Shown: positions 1 to 10,255 of the stretch, one piece after another
How the letters are laid out: the number at the start of each line of letters is the position of its first letter
Position numbering within the stretch: position 1 is the stretch's first letter
From: a virus
Taxonomy: Duplodnaviria; Caudoviricetes
Virus record (IMG/VR): IMGVR_UViG_2871745582_000001
Coordinates: 1-64,000 of that record
DNA length: 64,000 nt
Direction: 5' to 3' (one strand)
Notes under the pieces: model-generated
The model's database searches: none
Seen by the model: the letters and a program-made list of their open reading frames with translations, nothing else
What the model was told of the DNA's origin: nothing
Program-made: the position numbers and the translations under genes

Positions 1-44
1 AGACCTGCTGCATAAGTGTGTCGGTGGGTGAGGGAGTATGATAA

Positions 45-350
45 AGGGGCTGGGGGGGGGGAAGTGGAAGTGGTGGCGGTGGTGGCGGCTCTGGATACCC
101 TACTGGGCAAGGTGGCCAAGATGGATATGGAAGTTCATCAACCCTTATTGGCACTGGTAATTCCGGAAGTGGTGCATCTTGTCCCTTTGGCGGTGGAGGT
201 GGCGGTGTACGTTCCGGCTCAACCGCTAGCTTAGGCGGCATCACGGGTAAGGCGGGTTATGGATATGGATCAGGTGGAGCTGGCGGCTCTACTGGAGTCT
301 CAGGTAGTGGCGGCGCTGGCATGCCCGGAATTATGATAGTGGAGTGGTAA
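45..350 (+). CDS. Partial Gly-rich alternative tail-fibre tip (Sv'-like silent cassette); 5' part disrupted or outside window
   Basis: Frame ending GGAGMPGIMIVEW* at 350, Gly-rich, opposite orientation to S; in-frame stops at 39-44 and a G10 run at 52-61. Confidence 0.6.
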   Translation, partial: RGWGGGSGSGGGGGGSGYPTGQGGQDGYGSSSTLIGTGNSGSGASCPFGGGGGGVRSGSTASLGGITGKAGYGYGSGGAGGSTGVSGSGGAGMPGIMIVEW

Positions 351-353
351 TCG

Positions 354-581
354 ATGAGTGAAGCAGTCAAACGCTATGCGGTACTGGAAACTGGCACGAA
401 CGTTGTTGAAAACATTATTCTGGCAAATGAAAGCTTTGTCCTTGATGGCTACACATTACAGCTCATTTCAAACAAGGTTTTCTGTGAGCCGGGGATGTAT
501 TACAACGTAAGTGACGAGCTTTATTACCAAAATCCGGAGTTCACTACAATTTATCCGGCCTATGAAGCTGATTCGCTTTAA
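354..581 (+). CDS. Alternative tail fibre assembly-type protein (U'-like)
   Basis: Directly follows the Gly-rich fibre tip and converges on U, as in P1 Sv'-U'/U-S. Confidence 0.6.
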   Translation: MSEAVKRYAVLETGTNVVENIILANESFVLDGYTLQLISNKVFCEPGMYYNVSDELYYQNPEFTTIYPAYEADSL

Positions 582-584
582 AAT

Positions 585-606
585 ATAACCCGCCTGTGCG
601 GGTTAT
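585..606. terminator. Bidirectional intrinsic terminator
   Basis: ATAACCCGC-ctgt-GCGGGTTAT between convergent genes. Confidence 0.7.
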
Positions 607-648
607 TTTCTCTTTAGAAACGTTAATGGCTAATGGTAAATTTAAATT

Positions 649-1260
649 TCAAGACGACTCTTCCTCTGGACTTATAGGCCAGGTGATGTCTGGAGCTTGA
701 GAAACATCGACCGCCTGTACAGCCTGAATATATTCCATCCATATGGTGAGAGAGGCTTTATCCTCATCTGTAATAATTCCGAGAAGCAGCTGTGTCTGCC
801 ATGCCTGCGTTTTACTATTGGCCTCGCTAATATACGACGCCTTTTGTACATTTGCAGCCGCCACTAATGCCGTATGCTGCGCAGTTAGATCTGTAACCCA
901 TTCCGCTCCGTTCCACACATCATAGGCAGTGGCGGGCTTTAGCAAAGTCGTGGATTCTGGATAGTCACCCACTGAGCTAATAATTACCGCCGAACCATCT
1001 GCGGTGCTGTAAACCGTCTCGCCGCGATGGTCGTCAACCTGTTGCCAGCTGTTATTACTGAATAAGCAGACTTTCCCAACTACGTCGGTGGGAGGAGCTT
1101 CCGCTGTAGAATGGGCTGGAACACCAACCCCGCTAACCATATATTCCTGACTACTGCCAATGAATAGGCCAGTCTCAGGATCGAAGTTATAAACCGTTAT
1201 AGATCCAGCCGACTCTGCCAGCCCATTTTCATCCAGCGTTACACTATTTTCGACGGTCAT
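649..1260 (-). CDS. Tail fibre assembly chaperone (Tfa/U)
   Basis: Tfa-like motifs DHRGETVY, WNGAEWVTD, DITWP. Confidence 0.85.
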   Translation of the reverse strand: MTVENSVTLDENGLAESAGSITVYNFDPETGLFIGSSQEYMVSGVGVPAHSTAEAPPTDVVGKVCLFSNNSWQQVDDHRGETVYSTADGSAVIISSVGDYPESTTLLKPATAYDVWNGAEWVTDLTAQHTALVAAANVQKASYISEANSKTQAWQTQLLLGIITDEDKASLTIWMEYIQAVQAVDVSQAPDITWPISPEEESS

Positions 1261-2492
1261 TATGCTGCCCTCACGATGTAGTTAAATGCAATATTTCGTG
1301 GGTGTACTCTGCGATAAGTTGTGCCAGTAGAGGACAGCGTAGTCGTCGCGGTATAAACGGCATAGCTGGAATGCACGTTGCCGGTTTCAAAATCCTCAAT
1401 ATCGATGCCGCTATAACCTGTAAAGCCACCAAGGGTTACGGAAATACCTGTCGCCGCTTGGGAAGAGAGCAATGTCCTTCCTCTATCAATTCCGCGTCCA
1501 TCATCAAAGCCACGGATAAACTCGCCGCGAAGATCAGCCAACGTTAGATCCGGATAGGCAAGTGCCAATTTCGGATACAGAGTGCCGCTGAAGCTTGCAC
1601 CGTTGCTTTTCAAAAAGACCATGCCTGACATGGATGTAAATATCTCATTAGGCATTTTGTCGTATGGCCATGGGAAAGGTGAACCTATGACCGGTGAACC
1701 CTCTCCCAAACCAAGGTTTGTAAGAAAGGCTGATTTATCAGCGATATCCGCCCCGTTCGAAGCGATCGCCATTTTTTTACCGAGCGCCGTATTGATGGTG
1801 TCGTAAAAATCAGGGTCATCGTTAATGGCGGCCGCAAGCAGCGCGAGCGTATTCAGCGTATCCGGTGCTGTACCCATCAGTGAGGCAATGGCTTTTTTCA
1901 CCGCCAGCGAGTTTGCGGCTACTGTGGTTGAATCGCTGTCAATATCACTCGACAGACTGATACCAATCGTCTGGTTCACACGATCGGAGGTGTCGATCAT
2001 GCTTGCCGTGATAGCCGTGCTGCCAGCGGGGATGGTTACTGTGCAGATCAGCAGTTCGCCATCGCTGAGGGTGTAGCTGTCGGTATAGGTCTTCGCGTAA
2101 ATCTGCGCGGCTTGAGTGGCTGAGGAGCTGTTTACCTGGTAGGTATCAGTCCCCTGCTCATAGACAGCCTTCAGAATGATTGCATAGCTGACGCCGGCGG
2201 AAAGCGAAAGCGTTACATCCAGCTGCTGCCGTACCGTAATCTGGTAATAGTCGCCAACATCTACTGACGCGGCACCCGTCGTCTCAGTTGAATCGGCTGA
2301 GGTAATTAGCAAGTTCAGGTTGCCGCCCGGCTGCGGATCGAAACCCGAATAAAATCCCGGACTCAGAATGCCGCGGAATTTACGGTTTATCGCTGCGGAT
2401 GAGTACGGCTCGTGATACTGAACATCAGCCACCAGCGCCAGGGTTGTGGCGTCCGGGTAGCTGACAGAAGTAATTACCGTTGAGTCTGTCAT
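1260..2492 (-). CDS. Tail fibre protein S (constant N-terminus plus variable tail-collar tip)
   Basis: P1 Sc-like N-terminus (ADVQYHEPYSSAAINRK); APDTLNTL repeat; collar motif DLRGEFIRG...PRNIAFNYIVRAA. Confidence 0.9.
   Translation of the reverse strand: MTDSTVITSVSYPDATTLALVADVQYHEPYSSAAINRKFRGILSPGFYSGFDPQPGGNLNLLITSADSTETTGAASVDVGDYYQITVRQQLDVTLSLSAGVSYAIILKAVYEQGTDTYQVNSSSATQAAQIYAKTYTDSYTLSDGELLICTVTIPAGSTAITASMIDTSDRVNQTIGISLSSDIDSDSTTVAANSLAVKKAIASLMGTAPDTLNTLALLAAAINDDPDFYDTINTALGKKMAIASNGADIADKSAFLTNLGLGEGSPVIGSPFPWPYDKMPNEIFTSMSGMVFLKSNGASFSGTLYPKLALAYPDLTLADLRGEFIRGFDDGRGIDRGRTLLSSQAATGISVTLGGFTGYSGIDIEDFETGNVHSSYAVYTATTTLSSTGTTYRRVHPRNIAFNYIVRAA
1701..1726. other. cix/gix/hix-type invertase crossover site
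   Basis: CTCTCCCAAACC-AA-GGTTTGTAAGAA at the constant/variable junction of S (FLTNLGL). Confidence 0.8.
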
Positions 2493-2505
2493 TATTAGCC
2501 CCGGA

Positions 2506-2943
2506 TTATGCGATGGTGGTATTGATGGTCATAACGGCCGTGTAAGACTTGCCGACGTACAGCGAATCTTCCTGAACGCACATAATGGCGACCGGGACGT
2601 TTTCGTTATCGAGAATGGCGAGTGTATTGAAGGGGTAGCTGGTGCCGTCCGTCAGCTGCGTCTGATCGAGGTCAACGCGTACCGTGATCACGCCATCTGC
2701 ATAGGTCAGGGTGGGCGTGACCGTACAGAATGAGCTGTCCAGTTCGGAAAGCGTGAAATTGGTCGGGAGGGTTGCGATATCGTAGTTGCCGCTGGAGTTT
2801 TCAGTTACCAGCGAGCTGGTGCCGAATACGGCGCTACTAATCAAAAAACGGTCGCCGGTACCAATAGAGGACTCAGCCCGGCGCTCGTAGTAATAATCCT
2901 GAATCTGGCTCTTATAAAGAGAGCTCGAAACTGTGGTAGTCAT
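2506..2943 (-). CDS. Tail protein, P1 gpR-like
   Basis: Synteny and resemblance to P1 R (YYYERRAESSIG). Confidence 0.75.
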   Translation of the reverse strand: MTTTVSSSLYKSQIQDYYYERRAESSIGTGDRFLISSAVFGTSSLVTENSSGNYDIATLPTNFTLSELDSSFCTVTPTLTYADGVITVRVDLDQTQLTDGTSYPFNTLAILDNENVPVAIMCVQEDSLYVGKSYTAVMTINTTIA

Positions 2944-2987
2944 CCTGTATCGCTCCGTGCGATTAATGAAGAAAATCCCTTTTCCTC

Positions 2988-3006
2988 ATGGTAATTCAGG
3001 TGACTT
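2988..3006 (-). promoter_or_regulatory. Lpa-dependent late promoter (R-S-U)
   Basis: Minus strand AAGTCACCT-N4-TACCAT, matching the P1 late promoter pattern. Confidence 0.65.
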
Positions 3007-3007
3007 G

Positions 3008-4111
3008 TTAGTTATCCAGCGCGGCCCCGTCGAGCATGATCCGGTCAAAGGTCTGAACCATTTCATCCCAAGTAGAATCCGTCTCTGCTGCTTCAGGCGT
3101 AACGCTGTAAATCACAGAATGCGTGAAGCTGAAGCTGTCATCGCCCTCGATCTGATTAAGGGTGACATGAACCGAGCTCACTGCATCCATTGCTATGCTT
3201 AGCGTCTCATCCTGCATGGAGGCCCAGGCGTTAATCTGATCGCTGAAGAGGCCTTTTTCGGTATAGTCGAGCACCGCCCCGTCACTTAGTTCCCGATCAA
3301 ATGTAATGCTGGTGAAATCTCTCACTGGCCCTGCGGTGACAGCAGCCAGCGTCATGCTGGTTGTGATCTCGCCTGCTGACGCCGTATCGCCGCTCTCAAC
3401 GTAGCCATACTGGCCAGCCGTATCTGACAGGCTAATCAGGTGCATTTCATCCGGGCGCTCATCTTCTGACAGCGAGATATAAAGCGACAGCCCGTCAAAC
3501 ACGATATGGCATGGCAGCAGCGGTTTAACGTATTGCTTGAACCGAGTCAGCGCGGCCTCTGTGACGGCCGCCTGCGTGGTATCGCCGGAATCCAGCTCCA
3601 GATCGCCAGAATCTATCGCAGCCATCAGGTCGTTAATGGAAACGCTGATGACGCCGCGGGATGTGAGGAACATCTCACCATAGGTATGCCCGACGCTATC
3701 CAGCGTGTCCGAGGAAATCAGCACCGTTCCGTAAGGATATTTTTCAGTGTCAACCGGGGCGTAAAGGGGCTGCCAGGTAATGGGCACCCCGTCAAACTCG
3801 CGGTAGAAGGTCTGTGTGATCGGTCGCTCTGTGCCTTTGAAGTGGATTTCATCCAGCCGCTGCTGGAGCAGCATCGGCTTGGATGACGCGTCCGACGTCC
3901 GAATGGTGAAGAATTTCCCGAGCTCCGCGATCCGGGTGTCGAGGTCGCTGTCATCCATCGTGAAGATGGATTTTTTATTGGAGACCCTGGCCAGATAGGG
4001 GTCCGCAAACGTCGAAAAAAGTGACTGGATCATTGAAGCAAGCGGAGACCACAGAACCGAGTTTTGTTTAGCCGGCGTCAGCCGTGATTTGAACCAGGAT
4101 GAGTCCATCAT
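3008..4111 (-). CDS. Baseplate/tail protein, P1 gp16-like
   Basis: Synteny; PMLLQQRLDEIHFKGT motif. Confidence 0.75.
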   Translation of the reverse strand: MMDSSWFKSRLTPAKQNSVLWSPLASMIQSLFSTFADPYLARVSNKKSIFTMDDSDLDTRIAELGKFFTIRTSDASSKPMLLQQRLDEIHFKGTERPITQTFYREFDGVPITWQPLYAPVDTEKYPYGTVLISSDTLDSVGHTYGEMFLTSRGVISVSINDLMAAIDSGDLELDSGDTTQAAVTEAALTRFKQYVKPLLPCHIVFDGLSLYISLSEDERPDEMHLISLSDTAGQYGYVESGDTASAGEITTSMTLAAVTAGPVRDFTSITFDRELSDGAVLDYTEKGLFSDQINAWASMQDETLSIAMDAVSSVHVTLNQIEGDDSFSFTHSVIYSVTPEAAETDSTWDEMVQTFDRIMLDGAALDN

Positions 4112-5550
4112 GAGTCCTCATAACTGATTGCGTAAGAGCTCCCGTTAACATCGAGGTAAACGAACTCGTTGTAGCCGTTGGAATCCCGCCAGTCGTTAAA
4201 CGTCAGGCTGAAATCTTCGAAATAGCCCAGGCTTTCGATATAGGCCCACAGGTCTTTTTGCTTGATCAGCACATAATCACCTACGCTGTCAGGATCAAAG
4301 TACGTGGAGTCCTTGCCGAACCGGGCCGTCAGGTACGATTTGAGTTCGCTTAAAACCGTTGCTTTTGTCAGGCTGGCCGAGATGGTGCCGGTAAGCGTGA
4401 TTGTGAATGGAAGCTCGCTTACAGCCGTGTAAGTGAAGGTTTTATTGAGTTCGTTGGGTACGTCATCAAGCGCCGCCAGTACAAGCGACTGCAGCTCGCT
4501 CTGTGTCTTGCCTGGATACCAGCCAGAGATGAAAATGTTGTTGATGTTGGCAATCTTCATCTCTCCGTCGAGCACTTCCTGCTCTGCCTCACCCCAGACT
4601 TTGCACCAGGACATGCCGGATATGTTCTGGAGAAGATAAAAGGCATAATCAGCCGCCCATACAACCTGATTGTCATAAGCCAGGTAGTATTGCGCGCGGT
4701 TGCGCGTGATTTCTGTCGCCTCTGCATCGGTGCCGTTGGTGATAGAGCCTGATGAGGTGATTGTCACTGAGCTGGCCAGATCCGCATAATCATCGACCGG
4801 CGTCAGCGCCTGACCAGAAACAAGCGTCACGTCGCCGCTGGTACACCAGACCTTTAACGTGATGGTTGAGCCAGCCGGAGGCAGCATGCCGATCGTGCCA
4901 TCGCCGAAACGCACGCCCAGCTGCTCAGAGGGCTTATAGAATTCGACGTAAACCTTGCTGCTGCTGGTCGCCAGCCGGAACATGGTGGATTTTGTCCACT
5001 GCGTTTTTGTTCCGTTGGTCGTGACAAAGACCTCCAGCTTGTAACAGGTCGCGGTCAGATCCTTTGAAAGCACCACTTCCAGAAACTCTGTGGCTGAACT
5101 GACGGTCGCTGTCACTTCCTGTATTTCGAGCTGGGAAACAGCAACTGTGGCCGTGCCGTCGGTGCCGAATTCGGCCTCTTCCATCGTCAGATATGAATAC
5201 TGGTCATCAGATATCAGAGTCGTATACCGTGGCACGCTGACAACTATGTCCGTATCGCTCAGCGTGATCGTGGCCTGCCCTGTGGATGGCGTCGGCTTCG
5301 TGCCCACGTATCCAACGGTTTCCGCGGCGGCAAGGATAGAGGCGCGCCGGGAGGCAGTGGAAATAAACCCTTCTGCCAGGGCGGCGTCTGCGTACTGATA
5401 GCACCGGTAAACCATCTGCGTGATGAAGGTCACCAGCATTGACACAAACTGCGATCCTACAAACTTGGACCAGTAAGTGTTACTTTCAATCAGCGACTCA
5501 AATTCTTCCTGAATTGAATCTTTAGTTGGCGTTGTCGTTGTCGTACTCAT
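4108..5550 (-). CDS. bplA: Baseplate wedge protein
   Basis: Baseplate J-like features, FGDG motif, synteny. Confidence 0.8.
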   Translation of the reverse strand: MSTTTTTPTKDSIQEEFESLIESNTYWSKFVGSQFVSMLVTFITQMVYRCYQYADAALAEGFISTASRRASILAAAETVGYVGTKPTPSTGQATITLSDTDIVVSVPRYTTLISDDQYSYLTMEEAEFGTDGTATVAVSQLEIQEVTATVSSATEFLEVVLSKDLTATCYKLEVFVTTNGTKTQWTKSTMFRLATSSSKVYVEFYKPSEQLGVRFGDGTIGMLPPAGSTITLKVWCTSGDVTLVSGQALTPVDDYADLASSVTITSSGSITNGTDAEATEITRNRAQYYLAYDNQVVWAADYAFYLLQNISGMSWCKVWGEAEQEVLDGEMKIANINNIFISGWYPGKTQSELQSLVLAALDDVPNELNKTFTYTAVSELPFTITLTGTISASLTKATVLSELKSYLTARFGKDSTYFDPDSVGDYVLIKQKDLWAYIESLGYFEDFSLTFNDWRDSNGYNEFVYLDVNGSSYAISYEDS

Positions 5551-5905
5551 CGCTCAGCTTCACATCCTCTGTGATAGTGGTTCCCTTGATCTGAATGGTG
5601 ATTCTCAGGTAATCCAGATCATCACCCTCTTCGACCAGAATCCCTGATATTGGCACTTCTGGCAGATCATCCTGCAATTTAGACAGCAGTCGTGATTCTA
5701 TGGCTATCTGCACATGAGACTGATTGGTCGGCTCATGCTTGAATTTGGGCAGGATGTTACCCCACCCCGGATTGCCATAAATATCGCCCTCGTAGGTGTT
5801 AAGCCATTCATATAAGCGGGCCGCATAAACCTCTTCTTCCGTGTCATAGGTTTTCACGCCTGAGAGGTCCAGCGCCAGCAGAGCGTCGATTTCGTTATAG
5901 GCCAT
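5522..5905 (-). CDS. pmgA: Baseplate gp25-like morphogenetic protein
   Basis: WLNTYEGDIYGNPGWGN motif, synteny. Confidence 0.75.
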   Translation of the reverse strand: MAYNEIDALLALDLSGVKTYDTEEEVYAARLYEWLNTYEGDIYGNPGWGNILPKFKHEPTNQSHVQIAIESRLLSKLQDDLPEVPISGILVEEGDDLDYLRITIQIKGTTITEDVKLSDEYDNDNAN

Positions 5906-8900
5906 CAGCGGTTACTCGCAAAGTCATTCATCAGCGGATCATCAATGTAAAATGGCATTGAATCGCCTGTGCTGGGCTGCTGGCTATGGGTGTCAGGCGA
6001 AGCGCTACTGCCCTGCTTCGCGGTCTCGCTGACATGCCCTTCTATCCGCTCCAGGACGGAAGAAATTTTGGTGAAAATAGCCTGCATTTTGCTGTCCATC
6101 GTCACCGTATTATCTGCTAACTGCATTGTAGGCTTAACGCCTGAACCACCTAAATCCGGCACAGATTTGCCATCAATCTGGATCCGGGATGTGGGCTGCT
6201 GCATGACCGGGGCGCCAGGTGAACCTGCTGCTGAAGTGGCTGAGGCAGATGCCGCTGGGCTTGCCTGCGTAACCTCATGCTGTACACCAATTTCACTTTC
6301 CTGAAAGATCGGGATACCGTTAGCATCAGTGGCACGCGGCGTTGCGCCGGGAGCAAGGCCGGTGCGCGAATCCAGTGGCACGGTGCCGTCAGCCGTATTG
6401 CCCATCATCGTGCTGGTACCCATGCCGTAGGCACGATCGGCCATCGAGCCGGTAGCAACCTGATGACGCATGCCGGGTGCATTCCTGGCCTTGTCAATCA
6501 TGGCTTTGAGATTGAGCTTGTCCGCCACATTATCCAGGGTGCTGCCGTCTCCCAGCGGGTTAGCCGACGGTACATACTGCTGACCGGTGCTGGCATCTGT
6601 TTTTATGGCGCTGGCTGGCGCGGCCCCGGCGTTGCCAAAGTTTTCCCCGAACTGCGCGCCGCCGAGATACTGTTCCCGGTGCGCGTTAACTTTTATGGCG
6701 TACTCGCGGTTTTCTTTGCTCAGCTCACCCGTTCCGGCGCGCCAGTTTTTAACCGTTCCCATACCTGCGTTATAGCCGGTAATGGTGTCGTTCCAGTCTC
6801 CGCCGGCCTGTTTGTTGTATTTAGCCAGCAGGCGCGCGGCCGCATCGGCTGAAGCATAGGGATCTAATGCCTGCTCTTTGGTAATCCCGACATCATCACG
6901 CGCAATTTTGGTGAACTGAAACATTCCCTGCGCGCCGGTCGGCGAAACGGCATTGGGATCACCTCCGGACTCCGTTGCGGCGACTGAGTGAAGAATGCCC
7001 TCCGGCAGGTTGTATTTGCTCTCAAGCGTTTTGAGGTAAGGCTCCATTGCCTGAAGATTCTGCGCGCCCTCTTTACTGAGAGCGTTCACCTTCACATTGG
7101 CATTTCCATTGTTGTAGGTCTGGGCCGCCTTCATAACGTCACTGTTGTCGCCACCCGTAACATTATTGCTGGCCACGCGCGCGGTATTCGCCGTCGCCAT
7201 GGAAGACTGGCCAGTAGAGGCGGAAATTTTTTCAAGAGCGCCCTGCGCACTCTGCACGGCTGAGGAATTCGTGACTTTTGCAATGGTCTCGCTTGCCGTA
7301 TGGCCCGCGTCTTTTGCGACTTCCTTCGCCTTCTCAACGCCTTTTTGTATTGCCCCAGGAGACTTACCGTCGCCCGTTAACGCCGTTTTGGCTGCGTGAT
7401 ATTTTTCACTAATCCAGCTGCCCGCCGCGCTCACGCCGTCAGACACTGTGTTTTTGGCTTTGTCCACAGCATCACCAGCGCCTTTCGTAATGCTGTCGAT
7501 GGGATGCTTGATAAATTCCACGACGCTGGCGAAAGCGTCCTGAAATACCTTGGTCAGATTATCAACCGTGAAAAAATCTTTAATGCTCTGAACGGCGTCA
7601 TCAAAAGTTTTTCCGACCTCGCCGAACCAGCCGGAAACGGTCTCGCCGATTTTAGCGGTGTAATCGCTAAACGTGGTCGTGATCGTGCTGCCAAGGTTAC
7701 TGACCGCGGCCTCCGCTTTGGTTAAGCCTGCATCAATGGCTTTTGCGATATCCCCCGTGGTGAATTGCAGTGCCTTACCGAGATCGGCGAATCCCAGCGA
7801 CTGAAGCACACTACCGAGCGCGCTTGAAATCCCCGATACCAGCCCGCCCATGTCCAGCACGCTTCCCATGGAATAGGCCGCTTTCTGCTGGAGCGAGGCA
7901 GACTGCCCTTCCTGCAGGCCAAAGGTTTTCCGCTGGCCCTCTTCATCATTCCAGCCGGTCACAGCATCATAAGCCCCCCCGGCAAGCGTGCCGATAACGG
8001 GGATCGCACGAAGCGCTGTTTTAGCGAGCCCTTTCATCCCGATTTTCTTCATTACCCCGCCAGCGACTGCCTCGCCACCTGCAGCCGCCGCTCCACCTGC
8101 CGCGGCACTCCCGCCGCTGAACACGTTACGCAGGGCTTTCAGCCCGAGAACGCCACCAGCCAGCTTGCCGGCGCCGCGCATCAGCGTCCCGCCCGCGAGC
8201 CTGCCGGCCCCTTTCATTCCGAGCAGCGACATCAGCTTGCTCCCGGCACCGCTGAGCAGGCTGGTCAGGGATTTAAGCAGGCCGCCATTTTTAGCTGAGG
8301 TGTTCCCGGCGATTTTGTCCAGCCGGTCAACAATGGCCTTATCGCCTTCGCGGATCGCTTCGGTCTGTTTTTCTGCCTCATTGACTGCCTGGCGCTGCGT
8401 ATTGAGCTGGACGGCGTCAGCGCTGCTTTTGGTGCTTCGGCCAAACATGCGGGACATTATCCCTGGCTGGCTTCCTCCTGCCTTTGCCTTATCTCCGGTG
8501 AATGAGGCGAGACTTTTCCGCATGCCGTTAATGCTTCCGCCAACCTCTTTACCGGCTTCCATCAGTTCTTTGCCGGCAGCCCAGAATGGGCCGGCCACAC
8601 CATAACCGATCGCATCAGCGGTACGCGTCTCTGCAGGATTCTCCATCCCCTCTAAAGCGCTGCTCAGTTTTTTAAGCAGGGATTCGCTTTTATCGCCGTC
8701 GTCATTGCGGTTTTTCAGGCGTTCCTGTTGCTCGTTTCTCGCTGCCTCGCTTGCCTCACGGCTGCTGCGACCGACAAAGCGCCCCTTTGCATCGCGCTCA
8801 GTGCCAGCAGGCTTAGCCTGCTGGCTGTCAGCATCTTTATTGCGTTGCCGGTAAGCAAGGCGGGCAGTAGAAGCATTATCAGCAGGATTAGTTTTTTGGT

Positions 8901-9279
8901 TTTTTTCCTGTTTTTTGTTGTCTGTTTTAATGCGACTTGCCGATCCTTTTGCTGGCGAAGGGGATTTGCTCGATTGCTTTATGGTTTTTTTATTGCTTTT
9001 TGATTGATTAATGACGCTTAAAGCATTGTTAAATGCTGCATTCGAACGCAAAGCAGAATTACTGTCTTTTTCATTGTTATTTTGGTGATTTATCCTTGCT
9101 TTATTGGCGCTGTCAGGGGTTGACTTTGCGGCGCCGCGCGAGCTGCCGCCCGGTGCTCCAGGCGCGCCATGAAGGGCATCAACAGACTGTTTAAGCGACG
9201 CCAGAGCCTTTAACTCCTCTGCGCTGGCCTCGCCAACAGCTTTGATGACGTCGCCAAATCCCTTTTTATTTACGTCCAT
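5905..9279 (-). CDS. sit: Tape measure / structural injection transglycosylase
   Basis: 1124 aa, Ala/Gly-rich; SLT motif ATESGGDPNAVSPTGAQGMFQF...YNAG. Confidence 0.9.
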   Translation of the reverse strand: MDVNKKGFGDVIKAVGEASAEELKALASLKQSVDALHGAPGAPGGSSRGAAKSTPDSANKARINHQNNNEKDSNSALRSNAAFNNALSVINQSKSNKKTIKQSSKSPSPAKGSASRIKTDNKKQEKNQKTNPADNASTARLAYRQRNKDADSQQAKPAGTERDAKGRFVGRSSREASEAARNEQQERLKNRNDDGDKSESLLKKLSSALEGMENPAETRTADAIGYGVAGPFWAAGKELMEAGKEVGGSINGMRKSLASFTGDKAKAGGSQPGIMSRMFGRSTKSSADAVQLNTQRQAVNEAEKQTEAIREGDKAIVDRLDKIAGNTSAKNGGLLKSLTSLLSGAGSKLMSLLGMKGAGRLAGGTLMRGAGKLAGGVLGLKALRNVFSGGSAAAGGAAAAGGEAVAGGVMKKIGMKGLAKTALRAIPVIGTLAGGAYDAVTGWNDEEGQRKTFGLQEGQSASLQQKAAYSMGSVLDMGGLVSGISSALGSVLQSLGFADLGKALQFTTGDIAKAIDAGLTKAEAAVSNLGSTITTTFSDYTAKIGETVSGWFGEVGKTFDDAVQSIKDFFTVDNLTKVFQDAFASVVEFIKHPIDSITKGAGDAVDKAKNTVSDGVSAAGSWISEKYHAAKTALTGDGKSPGAIQKGVEKAKEVAKDAGHTASETIAKVTNSSAVQSAQGALEKISASTGQSSMATANTARVASNNVTGGDNSDVMKAAQTYNNGNANVKVNALSKEGAQNLQAMEPYLKTLESKYNLPEGILHSVAATESGGDPNAVSPTGAQGMFQFTKIARDDVGITKEQALDPYASADAAARLLAKYNKQAGGDWNDTITGYNAGMGTVKNWRAGTGELSKENREYAIKVNAHREQYLGGAQFGENFGNAGAAPASAIKTDASTGQQYVPSANPLGDGSTLDNVADKLNLKAMIDKARNAPGMRHQVATGSMADRAYGMGTSTMMGNTADGTVPLDSRTGLAPGATPRATDANGIPIFQESEIGVQHEVTQASPAASASATSAAGSPGAPVMQQPTSRIQIDGKSVPDLGGSGVKPTMQLADNTVTMDSKMQAIFTKISSVLERIEGHVSETAKQGSSASPDTHSQQPSTGDSMPFYIDDPLMNDFASNR

Positions 9280-9353
9280 GTTTTCACCGCTTAGGTTTTA
9301 GTTTTTCTTTCAGTTTTTCCGACAGGAAGAAGGCAAATGACTCTGTAAGCCCC

Positions 9354-10238
9354 TCAGCGTCTGCCACTGGTATAGCCCCATACAAAACCAGGCTGGAGAC
9401 TAAGTTGCGATAGTCTTTCAAGCCCCATTTGTGGAATGAAGTAGACAGACCGAAAGGGTACCCACAGGCGGGTGCTTAACCCGTCGGTGGCCTCCTTATT
9501 TATCTCAGGATCAGTGCAGTGGTGCGGGGGGAGATGGAGCAGCGTTGTCCCTTTATCAATATTGCAGGGCAAACCGTGAGCCAATTCCTCCTGCATTGTC
9601 TGGATATGGGCTGCCAGCGCCATAAATTCGGTGTTGATGGCCATAGAGCTAATGACGTCAAAGCGTCTTTCTGCCTGCTCTTCGCGTGAACCGGATACGT
9701 CGTGAAAAATCTCGCACTGGTACGCGAATTCCCACATGCGCAGGTCAATCAGCGCCTCTTCGTATTCCGGATCATCTTTTTCCGGCAGGCTACAGCGCCG
9801 CATTTCCAGCTGCTCCATTGCCCACCCGTCAAGGGGAACGATACGCCACTGATAAGGCGTGCCATCTGCGGTGATAGTGATATCGTCAATAACCGGTTCG
9901 CATTCAAGTACGGTTATTTCACCTGCCAGCTCATTCATATTGCAGTCGTAGTAATGGTCTTTGTCGCAGTGACGGCAGTGATAGGTGAACGTCTCAACCG
10001 GAGAATCATGCGATCCGGTATAAATCCACCACAGGGCGGTCCGCCGGTCCTGCGCTGTCCAGCGGCGCGCGTCGGACTGGCCCGGTGGCTCCTGAAGCGA
10101 GTTAAGGTAGGCAGTGGTCTGGCGTTCCTCTTCCTGCTCAGAAATCTTATTAAAGCGCATGGCATCGCGAATATTGGGCTGCCTGAAAGTAATTCCGACC
10201 GATGGCCGGGAAGGAAGGAGGAATTCGGCTAAAAGCAT
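9354..10238 (-). CDS. pmgB: Morphogenetic protein
   Basis: WTAQDRRTALWWIY, CxxC, synteny. Confidence 0.75.
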   Translation of the reverse strand: MLLAEFLLPSRPSVGITFRQPNIRDAMRFNKISEQEEERQTTAYLNSLQEPPGQSDARRWTAQDRRTALWWIYTGSHDSPVETFTYHCRHCDKDHYYDCNMNELAGEITVLECEPVIDDITITADGTPYQWRIVPLDGWAMEQLEMRRCSLPEKDDPEYEEALIDLRMWEFAYQCEIFHDVSGSREEQAERRFDVISSMAINTEFMALAAHIQTMQEELAHGLPCNIDKGTTLLHLPPHHCTDPEINKEATDGLSTRLWVPFRSVYFIPQMGLERLSQLSLQPGFVWGYTSGRR

Positions 10239-10255
10239 CCTTGCTTGCTCCTGGG

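Noticed and set aside
16..234. 72-aa ORF in the track
   Set aside because: Off-frame reading of the Gly-rich fibre tip
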